Source of the DNA: a candidate division WOR-3 bacterium | Lineage (GTDB): Bacteria > Hydrothermota > Tepidihabitantia > SM23-42 | Direction: 5' to 3' | Length of the DNA: 64,000 bases | Assembly: GCA_020343595.1 (NCBI GenBank) | Contig: CP070802.1 | Location: forward strand, 297,151-361,150 | In this document: positions 48,688-57,663 of the stretch, in pieces | Numbering within the stretch: the first letter of the stretch is position 1 | How the letters are laid out: each line of letters opens with the position of its first letter | Notes under the pieces: model-generated | Told to the model about the DNA's origin: nothing | Database searches by the model: none | Seen by the model: only the letters and a program-made list of their open reading frames with translations | Position numbers and translations under genes: made by a program

Positions 48688-49455
48688 ATGCATAGAGTAC
48701 TTGCGATATTCGAAAATACTTTCAAGGAAGCACTCAGGCAGAGAATACTCGCTTTGCTTGGCGTCTTCGCTCTGCTGCTCATCGTGGTATCAGTCTTTCT
48801 CGAACCCTTTGCTCTGGGTGAAGCATCAAAGCTCATGCGAGATTTCGGGCTCGCCGTGACCTCGCTCTTCGGAGTACTTACCACAATTATTATCGGTTCT
48901 GCGCTGATTCACCGCGACATAGAAAAACGGACGATCTATACCGTTCTTTCCAAGCCAGTACGTCGGGGCGAGATCGTACTTGGCAAGTACCTGGGATTGG
49001 GTGTGCTTGTGGCGTTGCTCGTCCTTGCCATGCTTCTCATTCATCAGTTGATTATTGTAGTCCAGGAAGGGACGTTTGAACTCTCACTATTGCTTGTTTT
49101 TCCGTTCGCGCTCCTCGAGGTTTCGGTTATACTCGGCATACTGCTGCTCTTCTCGTCCTTTTCCTCAAGTACGATGACATCGATCATGGGCGTGATATTC
49201 TACGTTGCCGGGCACGCTATGCCCGATCTTAAGTTGTTCGCGGAAAGCACCCGGGTCGAAGCACTCAAACATATCGCATATGCCTTCTACTATCTCTTGC
49301 CCAATCTGAGTAACTTCAACTTTCGAACTGACCTCGCGTATAATATACCTCTGGCTGCAGACCAGGTCATATTCTCTGTATGCTACGGGATTCTATATAC
49401 GCTATTTCTTCTCTATGTGACCACTCTGGTCTTCGAGCACCGTGAATTCAAGTAG
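48688..49455 (+). CDS. ABC-2 family transporter permease
   Basis: 6 TM, about 255 aa, directly after the ATPase gene. Confidence 0.7.
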   Translation: MHRVLAIFENTFKEALRQRILALLGVFALLLIVVSVFLEPFALGEASKLMRDFGLAVTSLFGVLTTIIIGSALIHRDIEKRTIYTVLSKPVRRGEIVLGKYLGLGVLVALLVLAMLLIHQLIIVVQEGTFELSLLLVFPFALLEVSVILGILLLFSSFSSSTMTSIMGVIFYVAGHAMPDLKLFAESTRVEALKHIAYAFYYLLPNLSNFNFRTDLAYNIPLAADQVIFSVCYGILYTLFLLYVTTLVFEHREFK

Positions 49456-49492
49456 TCGGTCCTGATCTCATCAAGATAGCCGTGGTGATAGA

Positions 49493-50320
49493 ATGATAAA
49501 GAAGATCATCATCGCATCCCTGATTCTGGCTGTGATAGTGAACCTGGCATACCGGATCGACATCAAGAAAACCCCGCACGAATTGATCGGAGAATTGATG
49601 TATTTTCCTTCGGGGTACGCTCTACGTACCTTGTCGGTCGGCTATCACACGCCGCTTGCTGATGTCGTGTGGCTGAGATTCATTCAGTATTACGGTGAGC
49701 ACCGACTAACAGACGCGAGGTTCGAACTGATGTACCACATACTCGACATACTGACAACCCTGGATCCGAAGTTCCTGTATTCCTACACACTCGGCGCGCT
49801 CATGCTGACTCACGATGCGCAGAGGCCCGACCAGGCAGAAGCATTGCTGAAAAAAGGTATGTATTCAAACCCTGATGAATGGAGGATACCCTTTACCTAT
49901 GGTTTCATTAACTATATCTTTCTTAAGGAGTACCGGGTTGCACAGACCTATTTCCGCGTTGCTTCTGCAAAACCGGGTGCACCTGACATGCCGAAGCGGT
50001 GGTATGCATTCATCACCTATTTCAAATTAGGCGATCTGAGGACTGCGTTAGCGCTTTGGACGGATTTGTATAACAGCAGCAAGAATCCAGAGGAGCGGGA
50101 GATCGCACTGGTTTATATGAAGAATATCAGGATGCGAATAGATATTCAATTCCTTAACGAGAAGATCGAGGCATTTACCGCGAGAATGGGCCGCCCACCA
50201 GATACGATCAGAGAACTGGTTACATCTGGATTTGTGCGGGAGATTCCCGAAGAACCACATGGCGCGAACTACTACATAAGAAACGGAAAAGCCCGTTCCA
50301 CGTGGGAGCGGCGCAAATAA
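49493..50320 (+). CDS. Hypothetical membrane-anchored protein, third gene of the ABC operon
   Basis: N-terminal TM, then a predicted all-alpha region. No recognisable family. Confidence 0.4.
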   Translation: MIKKIIIASLILAVIVNLAYRIDIKKTPHELIGELMYFPSGYALRTLSVGYHTPLADVVWLRFIQYYGEHRLTDARFELMYHILDILTTLDPKFLYSYTLGALMLTHDAQRPDQAEALLKKGMYSNPDEWRIPFTYGFINYIFLKEYRVAQTYFRVASAKPGAPDMPKRWYAFITYFKLGDLRTALALWTDLYNSSKNPEEREIALVYMKNIRMRIDIQFLNEKIEAFTARMGRPPDTIRELVTSGFVREIPEEPHGANYYIRNGKARSTWERRK

Positions 50321-50347
50321 GATAACGGAATTAACTATAACTTCTGG

Positions 50348-50788
50348 CTAGGTTTTGTTTTCCTGGTCGAAATTCTGTTTTATCCCATCTACCATCCGGT
50401 TGAAACTATCGGCAACATCATGGATCGCATCCCCTTTGCGGAATCTGAGATTCACCGTATAATCACCGTTTTCAACCTTTTCCATGAACATCTTTAGTCG
50501 GTAGAGCGGTCCGGCAATCCGATGGGAGACGAAGATACAGACGATCCCGAGAACAATAAAAGCAACTGGAAGGATTATCAGCAGGGGTTTTGTAGATGCA
50601 ATTATCAGCTCGCTTCCGGTTGGCGGCCGACCGTGTTGTTCTATGAAATGGACGATCGAAGAGAGAAAGAAATAGTGATTGATCAGCGTAGTGAAAAGTG
50701 TAGCCGCAAAGACCAATATCAGTAACAGACCCAGCATTCTGAATTGAAACTTCTTGTGCACAATATAGTTTCTTCTCTGTAATTTCAT
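50348..50788 (-). CDS. Small membrane protein with 2 TM and a HAMP domain, no output domain
   Basis: TM1 and TM2 followed by a HAMP-like segment (HRIAGPLYRLKMFMEKVENGDYTV...ADSFNRMVDGI). 146 aa. Downstream of the pilin pair on the same strand. Confidence 0.5.
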   Translation of the reverse strand: MKLQRRNYIVHKKFQFRMLGLLLILVFAATLFTTLINHYFFLSSIVHFIEQHGRPPTGSELIIASTKPLLIILPVAFIVLGIVCIFVSHRIAGPLYRLKMFMEKVENGDYTVNLRFRKGDAIHDVADSFNRMVDGIKQNFDQENKT

Positions 50789-50816
50789 AATCCCTTTCGG
50801 TTTTTACGCTTCCAAG

Positions 50817-51356
50817 TTAAGGAAGAACCAATATCATAGGGGCTTTCGCGCCATATGCGGTCAGAATGTATGAAAATGCAGGGGAACTCGGTACCCCAGG
50901 AGTAGTACCATCAGCCTGATATGAGGAGTAATAGACACATCCTTGCGGTCCTGCAGGAGGGCCGGGCGGAACAGGTGGAGCGGCAACAAGCAGGTTCTCG
51001 ATAACCGTGAAAGCTATGTTAAAAGGATTCTTGAATCCAGGGTGCGGTTTTAGCAGCGCATCCGGAGGGAATGGTGGTACCCGAACGCCACCGGCAAGGG
51101 AAAGATTTCCAACCGGTCCGGGTGGAACATCAGGATTGGCTTCCCATACTCTCGTGTCCAGATCGCCAGGATAGACTCCGCCAGCCAGCGTATTGAATTC
51201 TTCTGTAGCTGCATGCGCCGAGTGCATATTCGCCTTCACGCTTGCTTCGTATGCCCGGTTTCTCAAACCAACGTAATTTGGGATCGCGATCGCTGCAAGA
51301 ATTGCGATAACAACGACAACGACCATTAGTTCGATCAAAGTAAATCCTCTGTGCAT
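50817..51356 (-). CDS. Type IV pilin / pseudopilin (prepilin with G|FTLIELM cleavage-methylation motif), second of tandem pair
   Basis: Start ATG 51356 (MHRG|FTLIELMVVVVVIAILAAIAIP) with GAGG RBS 7 nt upstream. The longer ORF to 51590 overlaps the upstream pilin. Confidence 0.8.
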   Translation of the reverse strand: MHRGFTLIELMVVVVVIAILAAIAIPNYVGLRNRAYEASVKANMHSAHAATEEFNTLAGGVYPGDLDTRVWEANPDVPPGPVGNLSLAGGVRVPPFPPDALLKPHPGFKNPFNIAFTVIENLLVAAPPVPPGPPAGPQGCVYYSSYQADGTTPGVPSSPAFSYILTAYGAKAPMILVLP

Positions 51357-51381
51357 GCATATACCTCGTGCATCATAAATA

Positions 51382-51414
51382 GTATCGGGGGGCAATCCAC
51401 TTGCCCCCCGATAC
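51382..51414 (-). terminator. Perfect 14-bp GC-rich stem / 5-nt loop hairpin between the two pilin genes (intrinsic terminator or attenuator)
   Basis: GTATCGGGGGGCAA-tccac-TTGCCCCCCGATAC. On the transcribed strand it is followed by UAUUUAU, then the RBS and start of the second pilin. Confidence 0.55.
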
Positions 51415-51438
51415 CTATCACTCATTATAGGCATGACT

Positions 51439-51957
51439 CTATTGACCGGATTGAAGAGTGAGAGCCTTGACCGCGTCAACACCATTACCAGTGATAATAT
51501 AACGAACAGCAGTACCTGCCGGTGCTGGGCTCGCGCCCGTCGCGTCAAAAGACTCATAGAACACGACACCAGCATCTGCGGCTGCGGCATAAGCTGCCGG
51601 ACCTATATCACCCTCACGGTTAGCCGTCGCAACCGGATTCTTGAAACTCGTCGGCAGCAAGACATTGGCCGGCGCCGGTGGCCAGTTCCATGTCGCGGCT
51701 CCGGCAATGCTGCGAAGATCGCCAAGAACACCGGTGATCGTTCCGACCTGTTCCGCGCAATCAACCGCATAGATCCCCTCGGTCAAAGTCGAGAAGTCTT
51801 CTGCAGCCAGCTGCAACGTATGCATGTTGTTCTTTACCGATGCTTCTTTGGCACGTTTCTGCATGCTGATGAAGTTCGGTATCGCGATCGCCGCCAAGAT
51901 ACCAATGATAACGACAACCACCATGAGCTCGATCAGGGTAAATCCTTTATTCTTCAT
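51439..51957 (-). CDS. Type IV pilin (prepilin MKNKG|FTLIELM), first and probably major pilin of the tandem pair
   Basis: Canonical N-terminal pilin helix FTLIELMVVVVIIGILAAIAIPNF. Start at ATG 51957; the ORF extends to 51975. Confidence 0.8.
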   Translation of the reverse strand: MKNKGFTLIELMVVVVIIGILAAIAIPNFISMQKRAKEASVKNNMHTLQLAAEDFSTLTEGIYAVDCAEQVGTITGVLGDLRSIAGAATWNWPPAPANVLLPTSFKNPVATANREGDIGPAAYAAAADAGVVFYESFDATGASPAPAGTAVRYIITGNGVDAVKALTLQSGQ

Positions 51958-52177
51958 TTTTTGCCTCCTCAGCAAAGAATGGTATGAATAGAGCGGAATA
52001 ATGTGTCCCCGAAAATTGAGAGGTCATTATTAAAACCCGATTTTGCTTAACCAAGAGGCTTTAGGACACAGACCGGATCAGTATTGAGGCTTACGCCCCA
52101 TTCCATTTCAAGAAAGCCACACCCATCTTATTGGAGAAACTTATAGATTTTGAAAGAGCAATTTATCATATATAATA

Positions 52178-52192
52178 GCAATTTACGTGCCA
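52178..52192 (-). promoter_or_regulatory. Sigma54 (RpoN) -24/-12 promoter, perfect consensus TGGCAC-N5-TTGC, reading toward the pilin genes
   Basis: Plus strand gcaatttacgtgcca equals minus-strand TGGCACGTAAATTGC. Lies about 220 nt upstream of the first pilin start and about 140 nt downstream of the sigma54 activator gene. Confidence 0.7.
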
Positions 52193-52256
52193 GCTGACCA
52201 TTGGTGAAACATATGAAATTACGGGAGAAATTTCTCGGCCTACTGTATCAGGAAAT

Positions 52257-52285
52257 CTTAAGTGTCTCACTGTGAAACACTTAAG
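52257..52285. promoter_or_regulatory. 29-bp near-perfect palindrome about 65-105 bp upstream of the sigma54 promoter (candidate enhancer / UAS)
   Basis: CTTAAGTGTCTCAC-T-GTGAAACACTTAAG; 13 of 14 positions are complementary. Confidence 0.4.
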
Positions 52286-52332
52286 TCTAGAGCATAATAT
52301 GCCTTTTATGGCACTTTCTTGTTGGTGCCGGT

Positions 52333-53607
52333 TCATTTTCTCCTTCTTTTTATACTCTTAAATCGACGATATAGCGTCGCCCGCGACACACCAAGGATCC
52401 TCGCTGCCTCGCTCATATTACCATCACATTCCCTCACTACCCGGGCGATCTCTTCGCTCTGGATCTGATTCAGGCTCTTCCCTCTGGATTGTGGCAGCCC
52501 AAGATGCTGGGGCCCCAGGTAATGAGAATCACTCAGGATAGCGGCCCTCTCGATGACATGGCGTAACTCTCTCACATTACCGGGCCAGTCATACTTCCTA
52601 AGTACCTTCAACGAATCCGGCCGTAATGAGCGCTCGCCCAATTTCTCCCGTCGGCAAATCTCCTTTAAGAAATGCTCTGCAAGTAATGGTACGTCATCTC
52701 GTCGTTCCCTCAAAGGTGGCAGTACGAGCGGGATGACATTGAGACGATAGTATAGATCCTCACGGAAACTACCCTTTTTCAACTCCTCGCTTAGATTCTT
52801 GTTCGTCGCAGCAATGAGGCGGACATCGACCTTTATCGGTCTTGTCGAGCCCAGCGGCACGATTTCCCGTTCCTCAAGCAGTCTGAGTATCTTGACCTGA
52901 ATGGTCGGTGAAGCATCGCCGATCTCATCGAGAAAGAAGGTTCCCTTATCGGCGGTCTTAAAAAGCCCGTCCTTGTCGGTAGCGGCACCTGTGAACGCAC
53001 CACGTTTGTAGCCGAAAAGCTCACTCTCGAGAAGCGTCTCGGGCATCGCGGCGCAGGAAACGGTCACAAAATTTGCTTTGGCGCGTTTCGAACGTTGGTG
53101 TATTTCACGCGCGAACAATTCCTTACCCGTGCCCGATTCGCCGAGCAGCAAAACCGTTGTATCGGTTGCCGCGATCTTGTCGAGCATTGCCAGCGTATTT
53201 CGCATCCGTTTGCTCGAACCGATGATCTTTGTCGGTCCCTTAATGTAACTACTCAAGTTAGCCTTGATACGCACGGCAAGTTCATCGATTGAAAACGGTT
53301 TCAATATATAATCACTGGCCCTGTCACGCAGCGCGCTGATTGCCGAATCCATTGAACCGTACGCAGTAATAAATATGAAAGGCATGTCGGGATGGACACC
53401 TCTCACTCTTTTGAGGAATTCAAAGCCGTCGATTTCCGGCATCTTTATGTCGCTGATGATCAAGTCATAGCGCTGGTTCTTTATTTCAACCATCGCGTCC
53501 TGTGGATCGGTTGTAGCAAACACCTGATAGCCCTTCTGTTCAAGGGCGTATCTCAGCCATTTGATAAGACTGGCTTCGTCATCGAGCAGAAGTATCCTGG
53601 TCTTCAT
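52333..53607 (-). CDS. Sigma54-dependent response regulator (receiver + AAA+ sigma54-activation + Fis-type HTH; NtrC/PilR-like)
   Basis: Receiver Asp in LIISDIKMP. Walker A GESGTGKE. GAFTGA sigma54-contact motif. ESELFGY motif. C-terminal HTH. Confidence 0.85.
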   Translation of the reverse strand: MKTRILLLDDEASLIKWLRYALEQKGYQVFATTDPQDAMVEIKNQRYDLIISDIKMPEIDGFEFLKRVRGVHPDMPFIFITAYGSMDSAISALRDRASDYILKPFSIDELAVRIKANLSSYIKGPTKIIGSSKRMRNTLAMLDKIAATDTTVLLLGESGTGKELFAREIHQRSKRAKANFVTVSCAAMPETLLESELFGYKRGAFTGAATDKDGLFKTADKGTFFLDEIGDASPTIQVKILRLLEEREIVPLGSTRPIKVDVRLIAATNKNLSEELKKGSFREDLYYRLNVIPLVLPPLRERRDDVPLLAEHFLKEICRREKLGERSLRPDSLKVLRKYDWPGNVRELRHVIERAAILSDSHYLGPQHLGLPQSRGKSLNQIQSEEIARVVRECDGNMSEAARILGVSRATLYRRFKSIKRRRK

Positions 53608-53661
53608 GGGTTATCAACACACTTGTGTAGCCACTGACCGGTAACGAAAATGCTACCAGCC

Positions 53662-54597
53662 TTATTTTCTTCTGAGGGCGAATAATTCATTCAGCACAAA
53701 ATTCAGTTTTGGTTTGATCATCAACTCCCTCAGACCATCTCTACTCCTCAACGAAAGATCCATCAATATGCTCACGCTTCCTATATTACGCAGCGGCACG
53801 CCGAATTCGAAAGCCAGACCGTGTTCCGAGACATCGTTAAAATACCAGGGATTGTAATAGTACGTTAAGCCCAGGTTACGACGGCTAATTGAAACCTTGA
53901 AGCGGTTCGGCGAGTCAAACGTAGTATCACTCCAGAATGAATGCTCGTATACTACACCAAGGGAATACTCTGCGACTCTTGGGAATACACCGACCGAGAG
54001 TCGCTCGGGGAGATCGATCATTGTCGTCTCCGCGGGCATATGTATCATCCGTACCCGGCCAAAGGACTCATAAGCGATCGAGAACATATCGTGCCTAAAA
54101 CCGAACGCAAATATCCTACCTCGGGACCTGTATGAGAAGGTATCGACGAGACTGTATGAGGCGATGCTATGGGTCCATATCTCCCAGGCATTACCGAAAA
54201 GAAACGAGCCGGTTGTGGCAATTTCGAAGGCTCCCAATCTCTTGCTCAATCCAGCGTATACTTCCTCAACACCCCCTTCGCCAAGGGCGTGGATCTGAAG
54301 TGAACTATCCTCAAGATATACGTCAAAGCACTGATTGAATCGTTCGCGGTTGCCGACCATGAACCCGAATCCGTATCCGAGCGGCACACCAAGAGAGAGT
54401 TTTACAGGATTGGTCCAGAATACGCCTCGAAGGTCACCCGATTCCTGCAACAGCATGTACTCGGGATCTATCTTGAAACTGAGGCGGGCTAGATTGCCTC
54501 TCGCCATGAATGGATGGTGGAATACACCAAGATCTTCGCCGATGCCGCCGATCGAGAATATCGAGGCGTTGACTAAAAACGCTATGATGATAGCCAT
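53662..54597 (-). CDS. Hypothetical protein, possible outer-membrane beta-barrel
   Basis: Hydrophobic N-terminus, beta-strand-like pattern, no motifs. Confidence 0.35.
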   Translation of the reverse strand: MAIIIAFLVNASIFSIGGIGEDLGVFHHPFMARGNLARLSFKIDPEYMLLQESGDLRGVFWTNPVKLSLGVPLGYGFGFMVGNRERFNQCFDVYLEDSSLQIHALGEGGVEEVYAGLSKRLGAFEIATTGSFLFGNAWEIWTHSIASYSLVDTFSYRSRGRIFAFGFRHDMFSIAYESFGRVRMIHMPAETTMIDLPERLSVGVFPRVAEYSLGVVYEHSFWSDTTFDSPNRFKVSISRRNLGLTYYYNPWYFNDVSEHGLAFEFGVPLRNIGSVSILMDLSLRSRDGLRELMIKPKLNFVLNELFALRRK

Positions 54598-54608
54598 TTG
54601 GTACCGCG

Positions 54609-55697
54609 CTAGTACCTTGGATCGGGCGGCTCAACGTACCCGATATTCAAACGATGCGACCCCCGCACTATCTTCACACGTGAAATATCATAGCTCTCCG
54701 GGGAGAGACCGATAAAGAAACCGAAGTTGGAATCAGGATGCTCGATCATATGTTGAGCATGCTTTGCAATATCTATCGTCACCATCGTATCACCGACGGC
54801 GATTCTCTCAAGAGCAATGAGAGGACCAGCGGGTGTATCGAATGTCGAGAAAGGTTCAAGCAGTTCACGCACCCCGATTTCGATCGAGTCGCGGTGACTC
54901 AAATATTCTGTGCACTCGAATGATAGCTCAGCATAAATGGCCATTGTGCTGTCGAGGAGGGAATCATAGTTGAATTTCACGAAGTCACGATAGACCAATC
55001 CCGAGCCGATCCAATCATCGAACAGGGTTGGCTCTGGACCGCTTATGATGTGACAATCGGCGTCCGCAAACGCCGGAATGGTGACATCATTCTTCTCGAG
55101 CACAAATCTAGCCGGGTGATCGCCTTCGCGCGAGGATATATAGCAAAAACCGGTATCGCGAGGTACGATCATAATCCCCCTTGCCTCTTGTATCTGCTCC
55201 AGTTCTATGTAATTGAAGTAGAGGACGACTGAATCCCCCTGTGCGATTCCGTAACGGATCGAATCGCTATCAAAATCACCGCCCGGCGTCGTCCATGGTT
55301 CATCTAAATTCCTTCTCGTCCAATCGGCCTCGTACTCACTGAATTCGATATCCATCAGGTGGATGCTGAATGGAACCGTATCATTATTGAAATTATCTCT
55401 TATACTCAATATCAGTCTGATCTCATCGAGCCCCTCATATGTTGAATCCGGAAAGTCAAAAACGATCATGGCGCGGGATTCATATTCCGCATTCATACCA
55501 AAAGCAAGATTAATCGCACTGCCAGTATTCACATTCTTGAATTCGGTGAATGTCGAGAATAGGCTGAGTTCAATGAATTGCGGATTGAAATCTCCCCTCT
55601 GCCGCAACTCGTCCCCGCCAACAGGAAGTTCATTACAAGCGATGAAGATCACGACTATGGCAAGCATGTATCTTTTCATTAAGCTAATCATAATCAT
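54609..55697 (-). CDS. Hypothetical lipoprotein
   Basis: Signal peptide with lipobox IFIAC. No recognisable domains. Confidence 0.4.
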   Translation of the reverse strand: MIMISLMKRYMLAIVVIFIACNELPVGGDELRQRGDFNPQFIELSLFSTFTEFKNVNTGSAINLAFGMNAEYESRAMIVFDFPDSTYEGLDEIRLILSIRDNFNNDTVPFSIHLMDIEFSEYEADWTRRNLDEPWTTPGGDFDSDSIRYGIAQGDSVVLYFNYIELEQIQEARGIMIVPRDTGFCYISSREGDHPARFVLEKNDVTIPAFADADCHIISGPEPTLFDDWIGSGLVYRDFVKFNYDSLLDSTMAIYAELSFECTEYLSHRDSIEIGVRELLEPFSTFDTPAGPLIALERIAVGDTMVTIDIAKHAQHMIEHPDSNFGFFIGLSPESYDISRVKIVRGSHRLNIGYVEPPDPRY

Positions 55698-55937
55698 ATT
55701 TTAAAATAAGTCAAGCTGGTAGTGGATATCCGAACCCCGTAAGGTTACCTATTCAGTACTTTTCAGCGAGTGGACGATCATTTGCCATCAGTTGTCAATA
55801 GCGCATATAACACCTCACCCCGGTGTACATTGAGGGATCACTCAACGATCACGGCAGTATTCGCCACTTGGCTATTATCAAGGATGCACTTGACAGATTC
55901 ACATATTTGGTTATATTTAGTTGTGGCAACCGCAAAA

Positions 55938-56876
55938 ATGCCCAAATTACAAGAGAAATTGAGTACGATAATCCTGGCCGCTGGTATCGGCAAACGGATG
56001 AAATCCAAAACCCCAAAAGTACTACATCGCATCATGGGTAAACCCATAATCTCATTCGTTGTCGAAGTGGCGCAAGACCTTGGCAGCACACAAACGATCC
56101 TCGTTGTCAGTGACCGATCCGACCCCTTCTATGAGCTGTTCGGTGATACTGTCTGCTATGCAATCCAGTCCGAACCTCTGGGTACCGGAGATGCTGCGAC
56201 CAAGGGTCTAAGAAAAGCGGAACATCCAAATGTGCTCATCCTATGTGGTGATGTTCCCTTGCTCCAGCATAGTACGATTGTCCACTTGATCGAACATCAT
56301 AGAAGCCAGCATGCGGATGTGACGATTCTTACATGTCAAATGAATGATCCTTTCGGTTACGGTAGGATACTCCGCGATCCGACCGGGCGGGTGACAGAAA
56401 TCGTTGAACAGACTGACGCATCACCCGAACAACAAGAGATCACCGAAATAAATGCCGGCGTGTACTATGGTAACACGGAAGCGATCATGTCCGCTCTCGG
56501 TGAGATCACGGCCGATAACAAGCAGGGGGAGTACTATTTGACAGATGCTATCCGCCGCATCGCAGAAAAGGGAAAGTTGGTGGCCGGCTATAAGATAGAT
56601 CGTGCCGAGGAAATAACCGGCATCAATACGAAGCAGCAACTCGCACACGCCTGGGGGCTTGTGAAAAGACGATGGTTTGATCTTCTGATGGAACGTGGTG
56701 TCTATATCGAAGACCCGGCGACCACTAATATCGACCTTTCCGTCAGAATCGGCAACTCGGTCAACATAAGACCGTACAGTCTTATCGAAGGAAATACGGT
56801 AATCAGTGATGGAACAACCATCGGTCCCTTTGTTTGGATAAGGGACGGAAAGATAATCTATTCATCACGTGCATAG
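55938..56876 (+). CDS. GlmU-like sugar-1-phosphate uridylyltransferase with truncated C-terminal left-handed beta-helix (short form, ~312 aa)
   Basis: Signature LAAGIGKRMKSKTPKVLH. Nucleotidyltransferase domain complete. Only about 60 aa of hexapeptide repeats before the stop. Start at ATG 55938; the ORF extends to 55770. Confidence 0.65.
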   Translation: MPKLQEKLSTIILAAGIGKRMKSKTPKVLHRIMGKPIISFVVEVAQDLGSTQTILVVSDRSDPFYELFGDTVCYAIQSEPLGTGDAATKGLRKAEHPNVLILCGDVPLLQHSTIVHLIEHHRSQHADVTILTCQMNDPFGYGRILRDPTGRVTEIVEQTDASPEQQEITEINAGVYYGNTEAIMSALGEITADNKQGEYYLTDAIRRIAEKGKLVAGYKIDRAEEITGINTKQQLAHAWGLVKRRWFDLLMERGVYIEDPATTNIDLSVRIGNSVNIRPYSLIEGNTVISDGTTIGPFVWIRDGKIIYSSRA

Positions 56877-56891
56877 TGTAGGCATACACAT

Positions 56892-57314
56892 ATGAAATCA
56901 TCCGGCAAAGTGCTTCTCTATCTACTCGTGATCATTCTTGCTGCATTCTTGATATCGATCATCTTCATGTATACCCGAGAAAACCCCGAGGCAATACGAA
57001 AAAAGAACAGCACCTTGAGGGTCGAAGTACTCAACGGCTGCGGTGAGAACCGGTTGGCACTTAAAGTTGCCAACGTGCTCAGGAGACAAGGTTTCAATGT
57101 CGTCAAGATCGGCAATGCCACGCAATCCGATTTTGAAAAGACAGTCGTCATCGAACGCAGCAGCGATGATTACAGCAACGCGAAGTACTTTGCCAGAAGG
57201 ATAAAATGCAAGTATATTGGTAAGGACATCGACCCCGCGCTCCACCTTGAGGTCAGTCTGATTCTCGGTCTTGATTATTCAAGATATTTCACCAACCTCT
57301 CCGAAGAATTTTAG
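56892..57314 (+). CDS. LytR_C (LytR cell-envelope-related C-terminal) domain protein with N-terminal TM
   Basis: Segment LRVEVLNGCGENRLALKVANVLRRQGFNVVKIGNA matches the LytR_C pattern. Confidence 0.6.
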   Translation: MKSSGKVLLYLLVIILAAFLISIIFMYTRENPEAIRKKNSTLRVEVLNGCGENRLALKVANVLRRQGFNVVKIGNATQSDFEKTVVIERSSDDYSNAKYFARRIKCKYIGKDIDPALHLEVSLILGLDYSRYFTNLSEEF

Positions 57315-57324
57315 GAAGTACTGA

Positions 57325-57663
57325 ATGAAAAATGAGAGTACTACATTGGTCAAGAAGTTAGCCAATATGATCGACCAGAAAAAGGGCGAGGATATCATTA
57401 TTTTCGATTTGCGTAACCTCTCCCCTATAACCGACTATTTCGTCATTTCAACCGGGCTCTCGGACGTGCATGTTAGAACTATCGCCGAGCACATAATAGA
57501 AAAAGAATCACCTCAACATGTTGAAGGACTCGAAGCAGCCTCGTGGGTGTTACTGGATTTCTTCGATGTCATCGTACATGTTTTCTCAACGGACGCGCGC
57601 GAATTCTATGGACTGGAGCGATTGTGGGGTGACGCACCGGTGGTGGAATACACAAGTGATTAG
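57325..57663 (+). CDS. rsfS: Ribosomal silencing factor RsfS (Iojap)
   Basis: Typical RsfS length and motifs (DYFVISTG...HVRTIAEHI...VLLDFFDVIVHVFS). Confidence 0.85.
   Translation: MKNESTTLVKKLANMIDQKKGEDIIIFDLRNLSPITDYFVISTGLSDVHVRTIAEHIIEKESPQHVEGLEAASWVLLDFFDVIVHVFSTDAREFYGLERLWGDAPVVEYTSD

Noticed and set aside
52309-52325. Plus-strand TGGCAC-N5-TGTTGG resembling a second sigma54 promoter
   Set aside because: The -12 element is not GC/TTGC. It points into the 5' end of the minus-strand regulator gene with no plus-strand gene downstream. Likely a chance partial match.
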